Assembly: GCA_963693365.1 (NCBI GenBank)
Contig: CAVNZM010000003.1
Span: forward strand, 8,179,312 to 8,243,311
Origin: Amoebidium appalachense
Taxonomy: Eukaryota > Protista > Ichthyosporea
Length of the DNA: 64,000 bases
Direction of reading: 5' to 3'
In this document: positions 50,062 through 64,000 of the stretch, piece after piece
How the letters are laid out: each line of letters starts with the position of its first letter
Numbering within the stretch: the first letter of the stretch is position 1
Program-made: the position numbers and the translations under genes
Notes under the pieces: model-generated
What the model was told of the DNA's origin: nothing
Databases searched by the model: none
The model's input: the letters and a program-made list of their open reading frames with translations, nothing else

Positions 50062-50401
50062 CATCTAAATACACACACATTCAACCCTACTCCTACTGAC
50101 TCGTGCAGACACAAAAAAACACACACATCCACACAAGCCCATAGGACCCCCCCTGGCTGTAGGTTTTTCTTGAACATATCAAACAACTCTTCTGGCCTAT
50201 TTTTCAGGTGCCAATGATGGCTTAGGCTTATTGTGTATGCCGTATTATATGTTCTTCTAGGGTTAACTATTCCGGGGGGAGGGGGGAAGAGGGTGGAGGA
50301 GAGGGGGGGGGGATATGGGGGAGGCCACAAAGGCTCTCAAGAATCCCCCCACTCCCACCCGCACACGCACGGAGACATACGCCTACCCACACACACATAC
50401 A

Positions 50402-50468
<67 letters not shown>

Positions 50469-50941
50469 AGAACGACACACACCACAGACAGAAACACACC
50501 ACACATGCGTAGCCCACAAACACACGGGCACACGCGCGGGCTTGCAAATACACGTGCACACAGACACGCACGCGCAAGCACATGCACACGTGCGCGCTCA
50601 CACACACACACACATAGTTGTATAAAGGTCGGATGACCTTGTGCCTGCCTGGAAAAAAGGGGCAGGTGGAGATGGGGAGGCGCAGGGGGAAGGGGGGGGA
50701 GGGAGAGAGAGGATACGGGGGAATGAGGGGGAGGGTTTCATGAAAATGTGAGCACACGTGCCTCCCCGACCAAACCCCCCGCCCCCCCCCTGCAAGTGTC
50801 CCTTTTGCCCTTTTCACAAGCACAATGAACCTCCTTCCTCCTCCACGCCTGATTCTCAGAAGAAAGCCCCCCCCCCCCCCCCCTCCCCCCACCGGGGCTG
50901 CCCGCCTGCCCGTCCGCCCGGTACCCCTAGAGAGTCCCCCC

Positions 50942-50993
<52 letters not shown>

Positions 50994-51909
50994 CCCCCCC
51001 CCCCCCCCCCCGTCACAGGCCCGCCACAGGTTTCAATAACGGTGGTGGCCTCCCTTCGTTCCTTTCCATGTTATTGGCTGAATTCTGTGCAGCATCTCTC
51101 TCCGCTTCTTTTTGTGTGTGTGTGTGTGTCTTTGGGCGCCGGGGGGAGGTGGGGGGGGGGGGGGGGGGGGAAGGGAGGGTGTTGATGAGACACGAAAAAA
51201 CGAATAATTTGCCTTTAATTTAGTCTCAGTGCTAGCCCACCGAGGACCCGTTGACAAGTGTGGCACAGCCTGCAGTCTGACATAATTCACAAACAGTAAA
51301 CAAACATCTACGCTACCCGTGCATCTATGACAAATCAACAAGGTGGCAATACATACTACTACAAGCTGAACTGAAGCATTTAACTGAAAGGTAAGTTTCA
51401 AACCGAAATCAGAATCAGTGAATGACAGAACGCTTGAATCATAACAGCGAGCCGCTTGCAGGAAAGAAGCCGTGGATCAGGCTGTGACGAGCAACTGCAT
51501 GACTTGGCCAGTCTCATCTGCCGTTGATCGACTCCGGAACCCTAAAACCTGTTTGATTTACTGGGGGAATAAAGGAGGTGGCGAAGGGGGGGGGGGGGAG
51601 GGGGGAGGGGGGAGGGGAGGAGGGAGGGGGGAGGGGAGGCAGGAACGGGGAGGCGAGACGGGGTTGCAGGAAGAGGATTATTGCAAGATGGGAGGAAGCC
51701 AGAGGAGAGAGCGTTGAACGGGGAAGACGGAAAGGGATAGAAGGAGTGTTGGTTGATATTTAAGGTACCGTGCTTAATAGCCCACAAAGCAAATTTACTG
51801 TGACTGCAACCATTATTTTTGGTCCATACCATTATTTTTGGTCCATATATATGCATGATAGGTCGAACTTCATCTGAAAACTAGGCCTTTAGTTCATCAC
51901 ATTCCCTCG

Positions 51910-52417
51910 TCACATTCCTCCCGTTCCCTTCTTCACTCTCCCGTCAGCCACATAGTTACAAATGGCTTCATACCAGGCATCCGGGCCAGCAAATCTTGGT
52001 AGGCAGTACGTCATGACACCCCTGATCCACGCATGCACGGGTGACCCCTCAACGTCGCCGTTGCAAGTCAGAGGGATCTGCATGGGGCCGCGCTGACAAA
52101 CGAGAACTTTGTGGAAGGCCGGCGAGTTAGGGGGCGGGTTGGGCACAAGATTGTTGCAGTCGACGAGGGGCCAGGGGCACGGGGGAGCTGCAGGGGCCAT
52201 TGTGGCGACTCTACTGGTGGCCATGGGGTTGGACCAGCCCTCAATGCGCCCATTGCATACAAGAAGGAACCGAACCCAGGTGCTCAGCTTGAGAGCAAAT
52301 AGAGTCTGCTCATTAACTCCAAAGGGCTGCCAAAACACTGTGTTAGTGTTGAACAATGAATGAACATATGTCGTCTGGCTTCTGGCCCCGGGGGGCCACT
52401 TTTGTTTTGATGGGGGG

Positions 52418-52453
<36 letters not shown>

Positions 52454-53201
52454 GTCGAGGGGAAGGATGGCGAACAACTATGAGACATAATAACATGTGG
52501 TAAAATATGCGAGGCAATTTTCTACGGGTTCCCTTCTGCTTTCTGATTCACCTGCTCTCTACCCTTTCGACCATCTTCATGGTGTCCCCCCCTTCCCCCA
52601 AAGTTTTTTTGTTCTCTCCTGATTCCCTTTTCCTTTTCTAACCTACGTACCAGTGCATATCCGGTGATTACTTTTTGGGAGTCCAGAAAACGGTGCACAG
52701 ATATATATCCTGAAGCCCAGATTGAGCATGACCATTAGTCATGCATCAAAAACGACGGAGACGCATGTATGCTTTCAGCTTCAACATGAATGGCATGTCA
52801 AACCAAATCCAAACATCGAGTTCCCCGTTTTAAATGTACATCTCGGCGTTAATTCGGAGAGCACTTAAGCTTACCACCGTCAGTCTGTTGTACATGTACT
52901 TGTTAGCGGCGTGGAACTCCCCGGTTCTGTTTTGCAGTGTTACACGATACAGCTCGTAGTCGTCCAGCTCCAGTTGTCCCAAAGTCCCGTCGAGCAGAGG
53001 TGTCATCAAGGGCAAGTTGATGTCTCGTCGGACTTGTTCCAGCGGGTCTTGGTGATGTTCCTCATACACGAGAAGAAGGATGGAATACGTTGCACTCTTA
53101 TCACCTGTGTCGGCACCCTCGGAGAGCTCAAACTCCACATGATCCGTGTAGATGGTTATTTTGGCGCAGCTGGGTATGTCTGACTCTCCCTTTCCCTTCA
53201 T
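51910..53201 (-). pseudogene. Unidentified spliced gene or gene remnant
   Basis: Two complex coding-like segments: 53201-52875 (MKGKGESDIPS..MYNRLTV, ending at a gtaagc donor) and ~52287-51910 (LSTWVRFLLVC..KKGTGGM*). A short exon-like piece lies at ~52651-52709. The phases do not join cleanly and I recognise no domain. Confidence 0.4.
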
Positions 53202-53393
53202 GTTGCGGGTTGGTGTTTAGTTGCACAGTAGGAGTGTCCAGTGGGTCAAGAAACGGGGGTTATACAGTACACTACAACACCACAGCCGTGATCGATATCT
53301 GACTGAGAAAGAGAAGACGCACCTGAGTATTTGTAGGCCACTGGCCCACCGCTCACTTTTATAGCCAAATATGGTTAAATCGAGCCACTTTAA

Positions 53394-53530
53394 AACCAAT
53401 CAGAAACCTATACACCAAAACTCATTTCCTTAACCAAATATGGCGAAAATTAATCCCCTTTTGAACCAATCAGAAACCTAAGCACAAAAATTTTCAGAAA
53501 ACTTCGAAACCATACTTTCAACCAATCAAA
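53394..53530. promoter_or_regulatory. Cluster of CCAAT boxes upstream of the minus-strand orphan gene
   Basis: AACCAATCAGAAACCTA occurs twice (~53394 and ~53464), plus ACCAATCAAAAT at 53521. Confidence 0.5.
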
Positions 53531-54042
53531 ATGCATTCTGGCACATTCCAGACTTCCTCACTACGATGGCGCTCATTGTTGCCTAGCATGTACATATGTC
53601 ACTGGCTGCGTTTGATTGGCTGCGCTGGAAAACGCAGTAGGCCGTCGAATTCGAATGTGGCTGGGCCTCCGGCAGTGTCCACGCAATAAAAAGTGAGAAC
53701 TTGAAGTTGCCGGGCGAATTTCAATTGTACAGAATTTCTATGAGAGATCAGCGTGATTGCGCAAACACTCGATTGAGCCCGATATCGGCCGCTAAGCCTT
53801 GTTTCCATGTAAATGCGCGCGAAAATTTTTCGTTTTGCGTGTGCTTCCGTTCACAAAAGGAGTGAACTAGAAAATAACAAGAAGAGCACGCAACAACTAG
53901 AACAGAAAAAAGCTTACACGTACTCGGACGGGGACCTTGAGACACTTTTCACGTTTTTTTCTATGCGTTCAACAGTTGCCACCTAAGGCATACAGTATAG
54001 TTAGTGAGGTAGATTAGAAGATCTAGTCGAAACCGTTCAACC

Positions 54043-54420
54043 ATGGGCATAAAAGGCCTTTTACCGTTACTTGGGTTGGAGCAAAAAGAACGAACAGACA
54101 TAACTGAAAAGTTGCGCAGTAAGATAGTGGCTGTCGATGCAATGTGTTTTCTGCATCAGGCTTTCAGTGGCAAGGTGAAAACAGCAGTAGGACGCAAACA
54201 GGTAGCTGGTTTGGCAATTGATCCCAAAGGTCGTTCCGCCATCGTGAACAGTTTCATGAGAAAGGTAGATGGGCTTGAGTACGCTGGTATACAGGCAATA
54301 TACGTTTTTGATGGCCGTAGGCTAGAGTACAAGACAGAAGACGAGACAAGGGCACAAAAGCGAACTGCTGCCAGAGACGCGGTGCATGCTGCTGGTGCAG
54401 CGGCCACAGATGAGTTGTAG
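54043..54420 (+). CDS. XPG/FEN1/Exo1-family (PIN-fold) 5' nuclease, N-terminal domain only, intronless and probably truncated
   Basis: MGIKGLLPLL...KIVAVDAMCFLHQA...GIQAIYVFDGRRLEYK..ETRAQKR matches the XPG N-domain motifs MGI.GL, VAVDA..WLH and VFDG..K..R. No I-domain (EADAQ-like) was found downstream. Confidence 0.85.
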   Translation: MGIKGLLPLLGLEQKERTDITEKLRSKIVAVDAMCFLHQAFSGKVKTAVGRKQVAGLAIDPKGRSAIVNSFMRKVDGLEYAGIQAIYVFDGRRLEYKTEDETRAQKRTAARDAVHAAGAAATDEL

Positions 54421-54811
54421 GAGCCTAATTAAGGTTGGAAAGTTACTAGTACTAGTGGACCCAAATACACCGTAATTTGAAATCAAATGTAGAATTAATG
54501 CTGTTTTATATATGAAAATAATAAAAGGCTATGCATGAACGTTACTCTACTGAGACATTATGATAAATCAGCTTCAACATTTTGAAGAAGTCTCCTTTGC
54601 CCCCTTTCCCCCCCTCCCCATCCGGCCACACACACACACACCCCCCCTCCCCCCCCTCCCCCCCTCCCCCCTGGTCCCATTCCTGGTGCCCTTTTCGGTC
54701 TCCTCAGCTGTCAGCCCCCCCCCCCCCCCCCCCCCCCCCACCCCCCTCTCCCCTCCCCACACACACATCATGACCTTTTCCCTCCCTACCCTCTGATTCT
54801 CCCTCTGTCAG

Positions 54812-54861
<50 letters not shown>

Positions 54862-55375
54862 ACACACATAACGTGGCCTTTCCCCCTCCTTACCCTCTGA
54901 CACACCCCCAGCCCCCCCCCCCCCCCCCCATAAAAAAAAAAAAAAAAAAAAGAGAGAACACACACACACACACACATGTGCACACACACCATGACCTGGC
55001 CCCCCTCCTTGCTCTTCGACCCTCCCTCAGCCCCCTTCCCCCCCCCCCCCCCCCCCCTCCACCCTTTTCCCAGGGTTATATCTCTCCCCCGCCCCCCGCC
55101 CCCCGCCCCCCGCCCCCCACCCTTTGAATTCCCACGGATATATCTTCCCCCCCCCCCCCCCCCCCCCTTCTCTCCTTCACAGACCCCTGCCTTCCCTTCC
55201 TGTTCCTTACCCCTCCCTCAGCATCCTCCCCCCCCCCCCCCCCCCCTCCCCCCCTTCGTCCCTCCCCCCTTCCTACATGTTTTCTTCCCCCCCCCCCCCC
55301 CCCCCAATCTCCTCCAGGTCTCCCTCCTAAAATGTTCCATGAGTTTACACTGTGACACACGCACACACACACACA

Positions 55376-55455
<80 letters not shown>

Positions 55456-55847
55456 CTATCGCCAGCGTGCACACACGCGCATATCCTGCCAACAGAGATG
55501 TGTACACGGGCATGTCTAAAAATGGCAGTGCACTGTTATTAAGATAAGGGATGCATATGCACACCCGGTTGCCTTATGTGGAACAGTGCACTTGTGTGAT
55601 CAAGTTCTTTATGATCTTCGAAGTTTATTTACTTGGTGACACGGTGGTGGTCACCAGACACCGATTATGCCAGACTGAGTACAACCACTATAAATTCGGC
55701 ATCAATAATTATATTAATTTGAAACAGCCTTAATTATACTAAACGTGAATGATTTTCTAGGATACTGAATACAAAACGAGGAGAGGGCAACCTGTTGCCC
55801 CCCCCCCCTCCCCCCCCCCCCCCCCCCCGAACCCCCCCCACCTGCAC

Positions 55848-55889
<42 letters not shown>

Positions 55890-56036
55890 GGAGTCTCTCC
55901 CCCCCCCCCCCCCCTCCCCCTCCCCCCCCCCCCCCGGCCCTCAGGCCCTTCCCTTCCACTCCTCCCCCCCCCCTTCTCCTCCCCCTCCCCCCCCCCCCCT
56001 CCCCCCACACCCCCTCCCCCCCCCCCCCCCCCCCAC

Positions 56037-57764
56037 CTACATCATATCACTAATGAGAGGTGGCATCATATTGCACAGAAACGAGACCGCCTTAGCCACA
56101 TACGCCTGCATAGCAACCGTGTTTTGCTCTACCCTCCTGGACATGGCAGCAAACTCTCTCATGCGACTAATGGCACGTTCTACATGCACACGCACATTAG
56201 CTAGACGCTGAGAGTAAGTGGCCTCCTCAGCATTTAACGCACCCCCATCCACAAATGCAGGAAGCAAAACCTCCCCTCCCCTCTTAGCTATCAAATCGAA
56301 CATGCGGAACCCCTTATCTGTCAGTATTTTATCCCCTTGCTTGATTTGCGACAGAAACCCCTCCACACACAGTGCAGTAAGGGCTGGATCGGTGATGCTA
56401 CCCCCATGCCCCTCAGATATATACCTAATCTTCATATCTGGGGTGATAACCACGAGATATTTGATAGTGTAACGAGATTTGTAGTTAGAATAGAACACCC
56501 TCTTCCCCTCCAAGTCCGAGGAAATTTCCACCTGTACTTCAAAGCAATCAATTATAAACCGCACATGTTCCCAAGTACCAGTAAAGCTTTACTGTCCATG
56601 AGCTCTTCCCGCGTAGGCGCATTTTCGAAAAAAAGAAGTTGGGCTGCCGCCAAAATTTCACAATTTACATCGTATATCTCAGAAAGTCTCCGTGACGGGC
56701 ACCCGAGCAAAATAACCCAGCGGGTCGTGTGTAAGTCCGTGCCGTAGACGAATGAGAGTGTAGAGCACCCCATCAGACGAAGAGATAACTTTTCCGTCTT
56801 TTGCTTTTACCTTCCTCTCTCTCTTCCTGAGCTGTTTTGCTATTTCCACCACTGCCAATAAATCTTCATGCTCGGGAAGACCTGTTAAGGTCTTAACGAC
56901 TGAATCCCTTTTCTTCCCTGCCTCTAACTCGGCCAATGCACCCATTGATACCCGGTTTGCTTGGATATCTTTCTTCTCCAGTAGCTTTTTCGCTTTTAAG
57001 ATCTCTCGTTTCTGGCTTAGTATCGTCGTTTCCAGTATTTTTGTTTCTCTCTCCTTCTGTTCCAGTACTGCAATGGCAGCTTGCAACTCTTCCAACTTCT
57101 TTTCCAACGTCTTGTTCTTTTGTTTTTCCTTTAATAACTCATCTTCGGCATCACCGCTGGGTAGCTCTTTCGCAACTCGAATGTTGCTTCGTTTTTTCAC
57201 CCGTAGTTCTCTCTCCTTCACCTCTTCTCCATCCCCATCGTGTCCTGGTTTCACCCCGCTCACTACGCTATTCTCGTGTTTCCTTAACTCTGCTTCCATA
57301 TGGGGGACCGCCTTACACAGGCGATCCCGCGATGCGTGTGCAAGAACGGGATCTTTGGCCCGCCCCAAGGGCAGGGCATCTGCTGTAAGCTTGCCATCTT
57401 TTCCGATGTGTTCTGGATGGAAGTGGTTTGAGCATAAGGAAAGTTTCCTAAGGCGCCATAGAGATGAAGGCTTGCGCCCTGCGTTACTTTTGCGTTTTTT
57501 AGGGTTGCGCTCCTTTCCGGATCCCTTCTTCTTATTTGTTTTGCGTGTGGGTGGAGGTGGGGCAGGATGTGAATGCGGATCTCTCAGGTATTCCAGAGCG
57601 TGTCGTTCTTTATCTACGTACTTTTTTGGTTTACCCAAACGCTCAAGCTAGTCTATTCTCTTCAATAGTGTCTCTTCATTTCTAGACGAAGGTAAATGAA
57701 ACCATTGAACATGTGGATCTTTTTCCTTGGTGTTTCCACACCACTCAGCTACACAGGCAGGCAT
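56037..57764 (-). pseudogene. THAP zinc finger + HTH + DDE_Tnp_4-type transposase (ISL2EU/Harbinger-like), inactivated
   Basis: THAP: MPACVAEWCGN..WFHLP..RID*LERLG..LCSNHF..LTADALP, with TAG at the conserved Trp. Then a coiled coil and LTGLP..LYTLIRLRHGL (HTH). After two frameshifts near 56690 and 56570 comes FIIDCFEV..YSNYKSRYTIKYLVVITP..GGSITD..LTDKGF..RVHVERAISRMREF..FLCN. Confidence 0.92.
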
Positions 57765-58158
57765 CTTGATAGCTTCTACCACGATTACTATACAGATGCG
57801 TAAAAAAAATACATCTGAGGTGTAAAAACATAACAGAGGACGCGTGCACGAATTTATTTGTTGGTAGACACACAGTGTCCACTTTTTACACCTGTACCGG
57901 CGCACCACCTCGTTACAAGTGTCACGTTTTTCTATGAAGCGTCGCTGTCACCTACTGAGGTGACTCGTAGTTTTCCTTACACACACAGCGAACACTGGAC
58001 TCTCGGGACCGTAGAGCCGCCGCGAGATTTAGAGAAAGCATGCACGCGGTCGCGTGGGTGTGAGGCGAACGGCAAGTTCAAAGCAGCCCAGGCACCGTCA
58101 GTACGTGCCAGGAAGCGTCGCGGTAGTAACCACGAAATTGCCAACTTAGCGGCAGATA

Positions 58159-58197
58159 CAAGGCCTCCTAAATAGCACACCTATTTAGGAGGGCTTG
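58159..58197. mobile_element. 39-bp hairpin micro-MITE with 8-bp target-site duplication
   Basis: GGCAGATA (58151-58158) + CAAGGCCTCCTAAATAG-CACAC-CTATTTAGGAGGGCTTG + GGCAGATA (58198-58205). The 17-bp arms have one mismatch. Confidence 0.85.
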
Positions 58198-58414
58198 GGC
58201 AGATATCGTGTTTGCGCAAACTTCGCTGATCTCGTTTGGCAAAAAAAAATAAAAAAATGGATGGCCTCTTGGGAACATTTCCAGCAAGCCATTTTGATAC
58301 TGCGACTGCTCACCTTTCTCATAAACATTAGCTTCTGCATGTTACGTGGTTTCTTTAGAGCTCACGTTGTGTAAAATCAGCACACACACACACACACAGC
58401 TCACACACACACGT

Positions 58415-58514
<100 letters not shown>

Positions 58515-58614
58515 AGAGACCATCACACGTACGTATATGAAAAGAAACACAAATCATGCCCCCTTCTTTCCTCCCAGCGCCCCCCTCCTTCTTTTTCCAA
58601 AAGTAGCGCACGCG

Positions 58615-58675
<61 letters not shown>

Positions 58676-58739
58676 GCGCGCGCACACACACACACATGCT
58701 CGCGCGTGCGACATACACGCGCACACACGTACTCACGCA

Positions 58740-58770
<31 letters not shown>

Positions 58771-59114
58771 GCTGACACCGTGTATGTGTGTGAACGTGTG
58801 TTGGGGGGGGGTGGGATGGGGGAGAGGGGGGGTTTAAGGTTGATTTTTTGGTTGGTTAGTTGATTGGTACCGGGCCGCGTCCATTCTGGTCCTGGTGGGT
58901 GTGAATACTACCACCTACTGAGGTGGTGCCTTATTTTCCTTCCTACCTCAGCAGAAATGTCTCGCTAGCAATGACTATGGTTATCTGTGTACGCGAAATG
59001 ACTGCTGCGAAGAAGGAAGGCTGCGAAGAAAAAAGACTGCGGGCTGCGAAGAAGGAAGGAAAAATAGGCCGCCGTCGACGAGCCGAGATGGCGCGTGACA
59101 CCGTCAGTACGTGT

Positions 59115-59275
59115 CAGGTGTGAATACTCAGGGTTATAGCACGAGGCTCCCTCCCCCCTTTGATTGGGGAAAAACTTCATCTAGTACAGCTTACAACCAG
59201 CAGGCCCATAAATCATCCGTCCCCCCCACTCCCTCCCAGTCCTCCCTCCCCTCCCATCCCCCTCCCCCCTTCCTT

Positions 59276-59307
<32 letters not shown>

Positions 59308-59724
59308 GAAACTTCTTCTTCCCCACCTCCCGGAGGACCCGCCCCTCCCCCCTTCCCCCCCCCCCCCCCCCCCCCCCCCGGCATCTCCCCCACCCTCTCT
59401 CTTTACCTCATCAGAGGTTGCTGAATGTCAGCGGCTTGTCGGGAAGACAAATCGGAGGGAAACGTGCACATGTGCTTGCTTAAATACCGGTCATCATAAT
59501 GGTTATTTACTCGTGATTAAATGATGCGGAAAGTGAGCACACACAGGCATCATAGTCAAACTGTGAGCCTCGTGTCCTTTTCCTGGCAGGTGGGTGACAC
59601 CCCCTGCCTGCACATGCACACACCGCACTACATCTCATTAAAAAGAATATTACTTCAGCCAACATATGATGCAAAAAAATCCCTTAAAAGGTATAAAAGT
59701 GTGGTATTCGTGTGTGTGCGTGTG

Positions 59725-59789
<65 letters not shown>

Positions 59790-59901
59790 CGTGTGTGAGT
59801 GTGTGTGTGTGCGCTCGCGTTCGAGTGTGCGTATGTGTATACATGTGTGTGTGTGCGTGCATGCGTGCGTGCGAGCGTGCGTGCGTGCGTGCGTGCGTGT
59901 G

Positions 59902-59941
<40 letters not shown>

Positions 59942-60830
59942 TTCTTGGGTGCGTGTGTGCATATGCGCACGCGTGCGTGCCCGTGTGTATGTGTGTGTGC
60001 GTGTTTTTTTTTGGGGGGTGGGGGGGGGGGAGGGAGAGGGGAGGGGGGGAGGGGGAGGAGAGGGGGGGAGGTTGATGGGGGGGGGGGGGGGGGGTTGTTG
60101 GTTGGTTTGGAAATACTGGGCTCGTGTGCATTCCGGTCACAGTGGGGTGAATAAAGTCAGGGTTGTAAAGCGAGGCTCCCTCCCGCCATGAATTAGGGAA
60201 AGACTTCATCTGGGGCATACACCCAGCAGACCCAGACCCCCCCCCCCCCCCCCCCCCAACACCACCACCACCACCACCCAGTAGCCACCACCGCCACCAC
60301 CACCACAAACCCAACCCCCCCAAAAAACTTTTGAAATAAATCAAATAAAAAAATTAAAAAAACTCTTATTCCTTCCTTCCTTTCCCTTCTCCTCCGGGCC
60401 CCCGCCCGCCCCTTCCCCCATCTCCCTCACCCTCACTCCTTCCCTTACGCTGCCTAGGTTGCTGAATGCAAGCGGCTTGTCGGGAAGACAAATCGGAGGG
60501 AAACGTAGCCACTCTGAGTGCTGTCTCCCTGCGGCCTCTTCTTCTTCTTCTTCTTCTTTTCTTTCTTTTTTTTTTTTTTCATGTTGCCGCAAACGTAGTA
60601 AGGCCGGGCCCGGCCACTTACATAAGCCAGCGGGTACATAGCCTTGGAGACTAAGGGAAACGTGCACTTGTGTTTGTTTCATCGTCATAATGGTTTATAT
60701 TTCGTGATCAAATGATGCAGAAAGTGAGTACATTCATACACCATCGTCACACTAATAATGAGTGTGCCCTTTTCCTGGCAGGTGGGTAATGCCCCCTGCA
60801 TGCACATGCACACACAGCGACAGTCTTATT
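59115..60830. repeat. Diverged tandem segmental duplication (59115-59625 vs 60145-60815)
   Basis: Shared blocks cgaggctccctccc..acttcatct, gttgctgaatg..gcggcttgtcgggaagacaaatcggagggaaacgt and ttttcctggcaggtgggt..tgcacatgcacac appear in the same order in both copies. Confidence 0.88.
60507..60653. mobile_element. 147-bp insertion with 9-10 bp target-site duplication
   Basis: AGGGAAACGT at 60497-60506 and 60654-60663. The paralogous copy at ~59456-59465 has a single site and no insert. Confidence 0.85.
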
Positions 60831-61426
60831 ACTTCGGCCGTCATGAACGGAAAGAAATACCTTAGATAGGAATAATAAGCAGGAATATAGAGGCCAACAT
60901 CACAACCCTAATATTTTCGTAACCTGCCTTTTTTTCCTAAAAAAAAGAAGTTAAATGTACAGACAAGGCCACAGCCCCAATATTAATGTTTGTGTAAACC
61001 TGCATATAATAAGGAAAAAAGAATACCAAATATATACAGACACGTTAGCATAATACTGACAATCACTCCTTTCGCGCACACATAAGTTTCTCCTTCGACG
61101 TATCAATAACCTGTGATTGTCATGATACCTTTTTTTTGACCTTCTTAAAGAATACCTAAAAAGATAAAGAGATGATATGGGTGTTGGTGGTGTGTGCACG
61201 TGCCTATGCGAGTTGTGTGTTTCGACGCGATCACGTATGTGTCGGTGTGTCTGTGTGTGTGTGTATGGAGGGGGGAGGGAGAGGGGGAGGGGGGAGGAGG
61301 GGGGGAGAGGGGGACGGGGGGGGGGGGGGGGGGGGTCATTCCAACTTTGAACGTATCTGGTCCTTCTGTGCGTGTGAGCATTATGTGTATGTGTCTGTGT
61401 GTGTGTGTGGGCGTGTGTCGGAGGTG

Positions 61427-61460
<34 letters not shown>

Positions 61461-61469
61461 AGGTGGTGT

Positions 61470-63996
<2,527 letters not shown>

Positions 63997-64000
63997 CTGA

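Larger units (their letters stand above)
53744..58233. mobile_element. DNA transposon of the PIF/Harbinger-ISL2EU group, bounded by inverted repeats, with two convergent ORFs
   Basis: Left GAGATCAGCGtgaTTGCGCAAACAC[12 nt]GATATCgGCCGCTAAG (53744-53796) matches the reverse complement of 58145-58233, GAGATCAGCGaagtTTGCGCAAACAC GATATCtGCCGCTAAG, once the 39-bp insert there is removed. The repeats enclose an XPG-like ORF (+) and a transposase (-). True termini may lie slightly further out. Confidence 0.75.

Noticed and set aside
54043-54420. The host's EXO1/FEN1 gene
   Set aside because: It is intronless, stops after the N-domain with no downstream exons found, and lies inside transposon inverted repeats.
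56679-57764. P-element (THAP9-like) transposase, suggested by the THAP domain
   Set aside because: The catalytic motifs (IIDCxE, YSNYK, DKGF, RVHVER) are of the Harbinger/ISL2EU DDE_Tnp_4 type.

Overview
Nuclear DNA of an intron-rich eukaryote with GT-AG introns filled with (CA)n/(GT)n, (CT)n and poly-C/G tracts. Almost all long ORFs in the supplied track are microsatellite artefacts. A unicellular opisthokont (e.g. ichthyosporean-like) is my inference only. Manual splicing gives four host genes: a 15-exon three-repeat MYB transcription factor (+, 2626-13202), a 6-exon F-box/Rho-like GTPase fusion (+, 21450-25662), a 19-exon BRCT-WGR-PARP (-, 27980-42158) and the 3' part of a VWA/Vwaint gene (-, 61470 to beyond the window end). 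A ~2.9 kb mitochondrial insertion (NUMT) carries a decayed nad1 (TGA=Trp) and nine tRNA-like genes. The most notable accessory feature is a ~4.5 kb inverted-repeat-bounded DNA transposon (53744-58233). It pairs a decayed THAP-HTH-DDE (ISL2EU/Harbinger-type) transposase with a convergent, intronless XPG/Exo1-family nuclease ORF, where ISL2EU elements normally carry a YqaJ exonuclease. Several very small insertions with target-site duplications can be read directly from the sequence. All exon boundaries were derived by eye and need RNA-seq confirmation.
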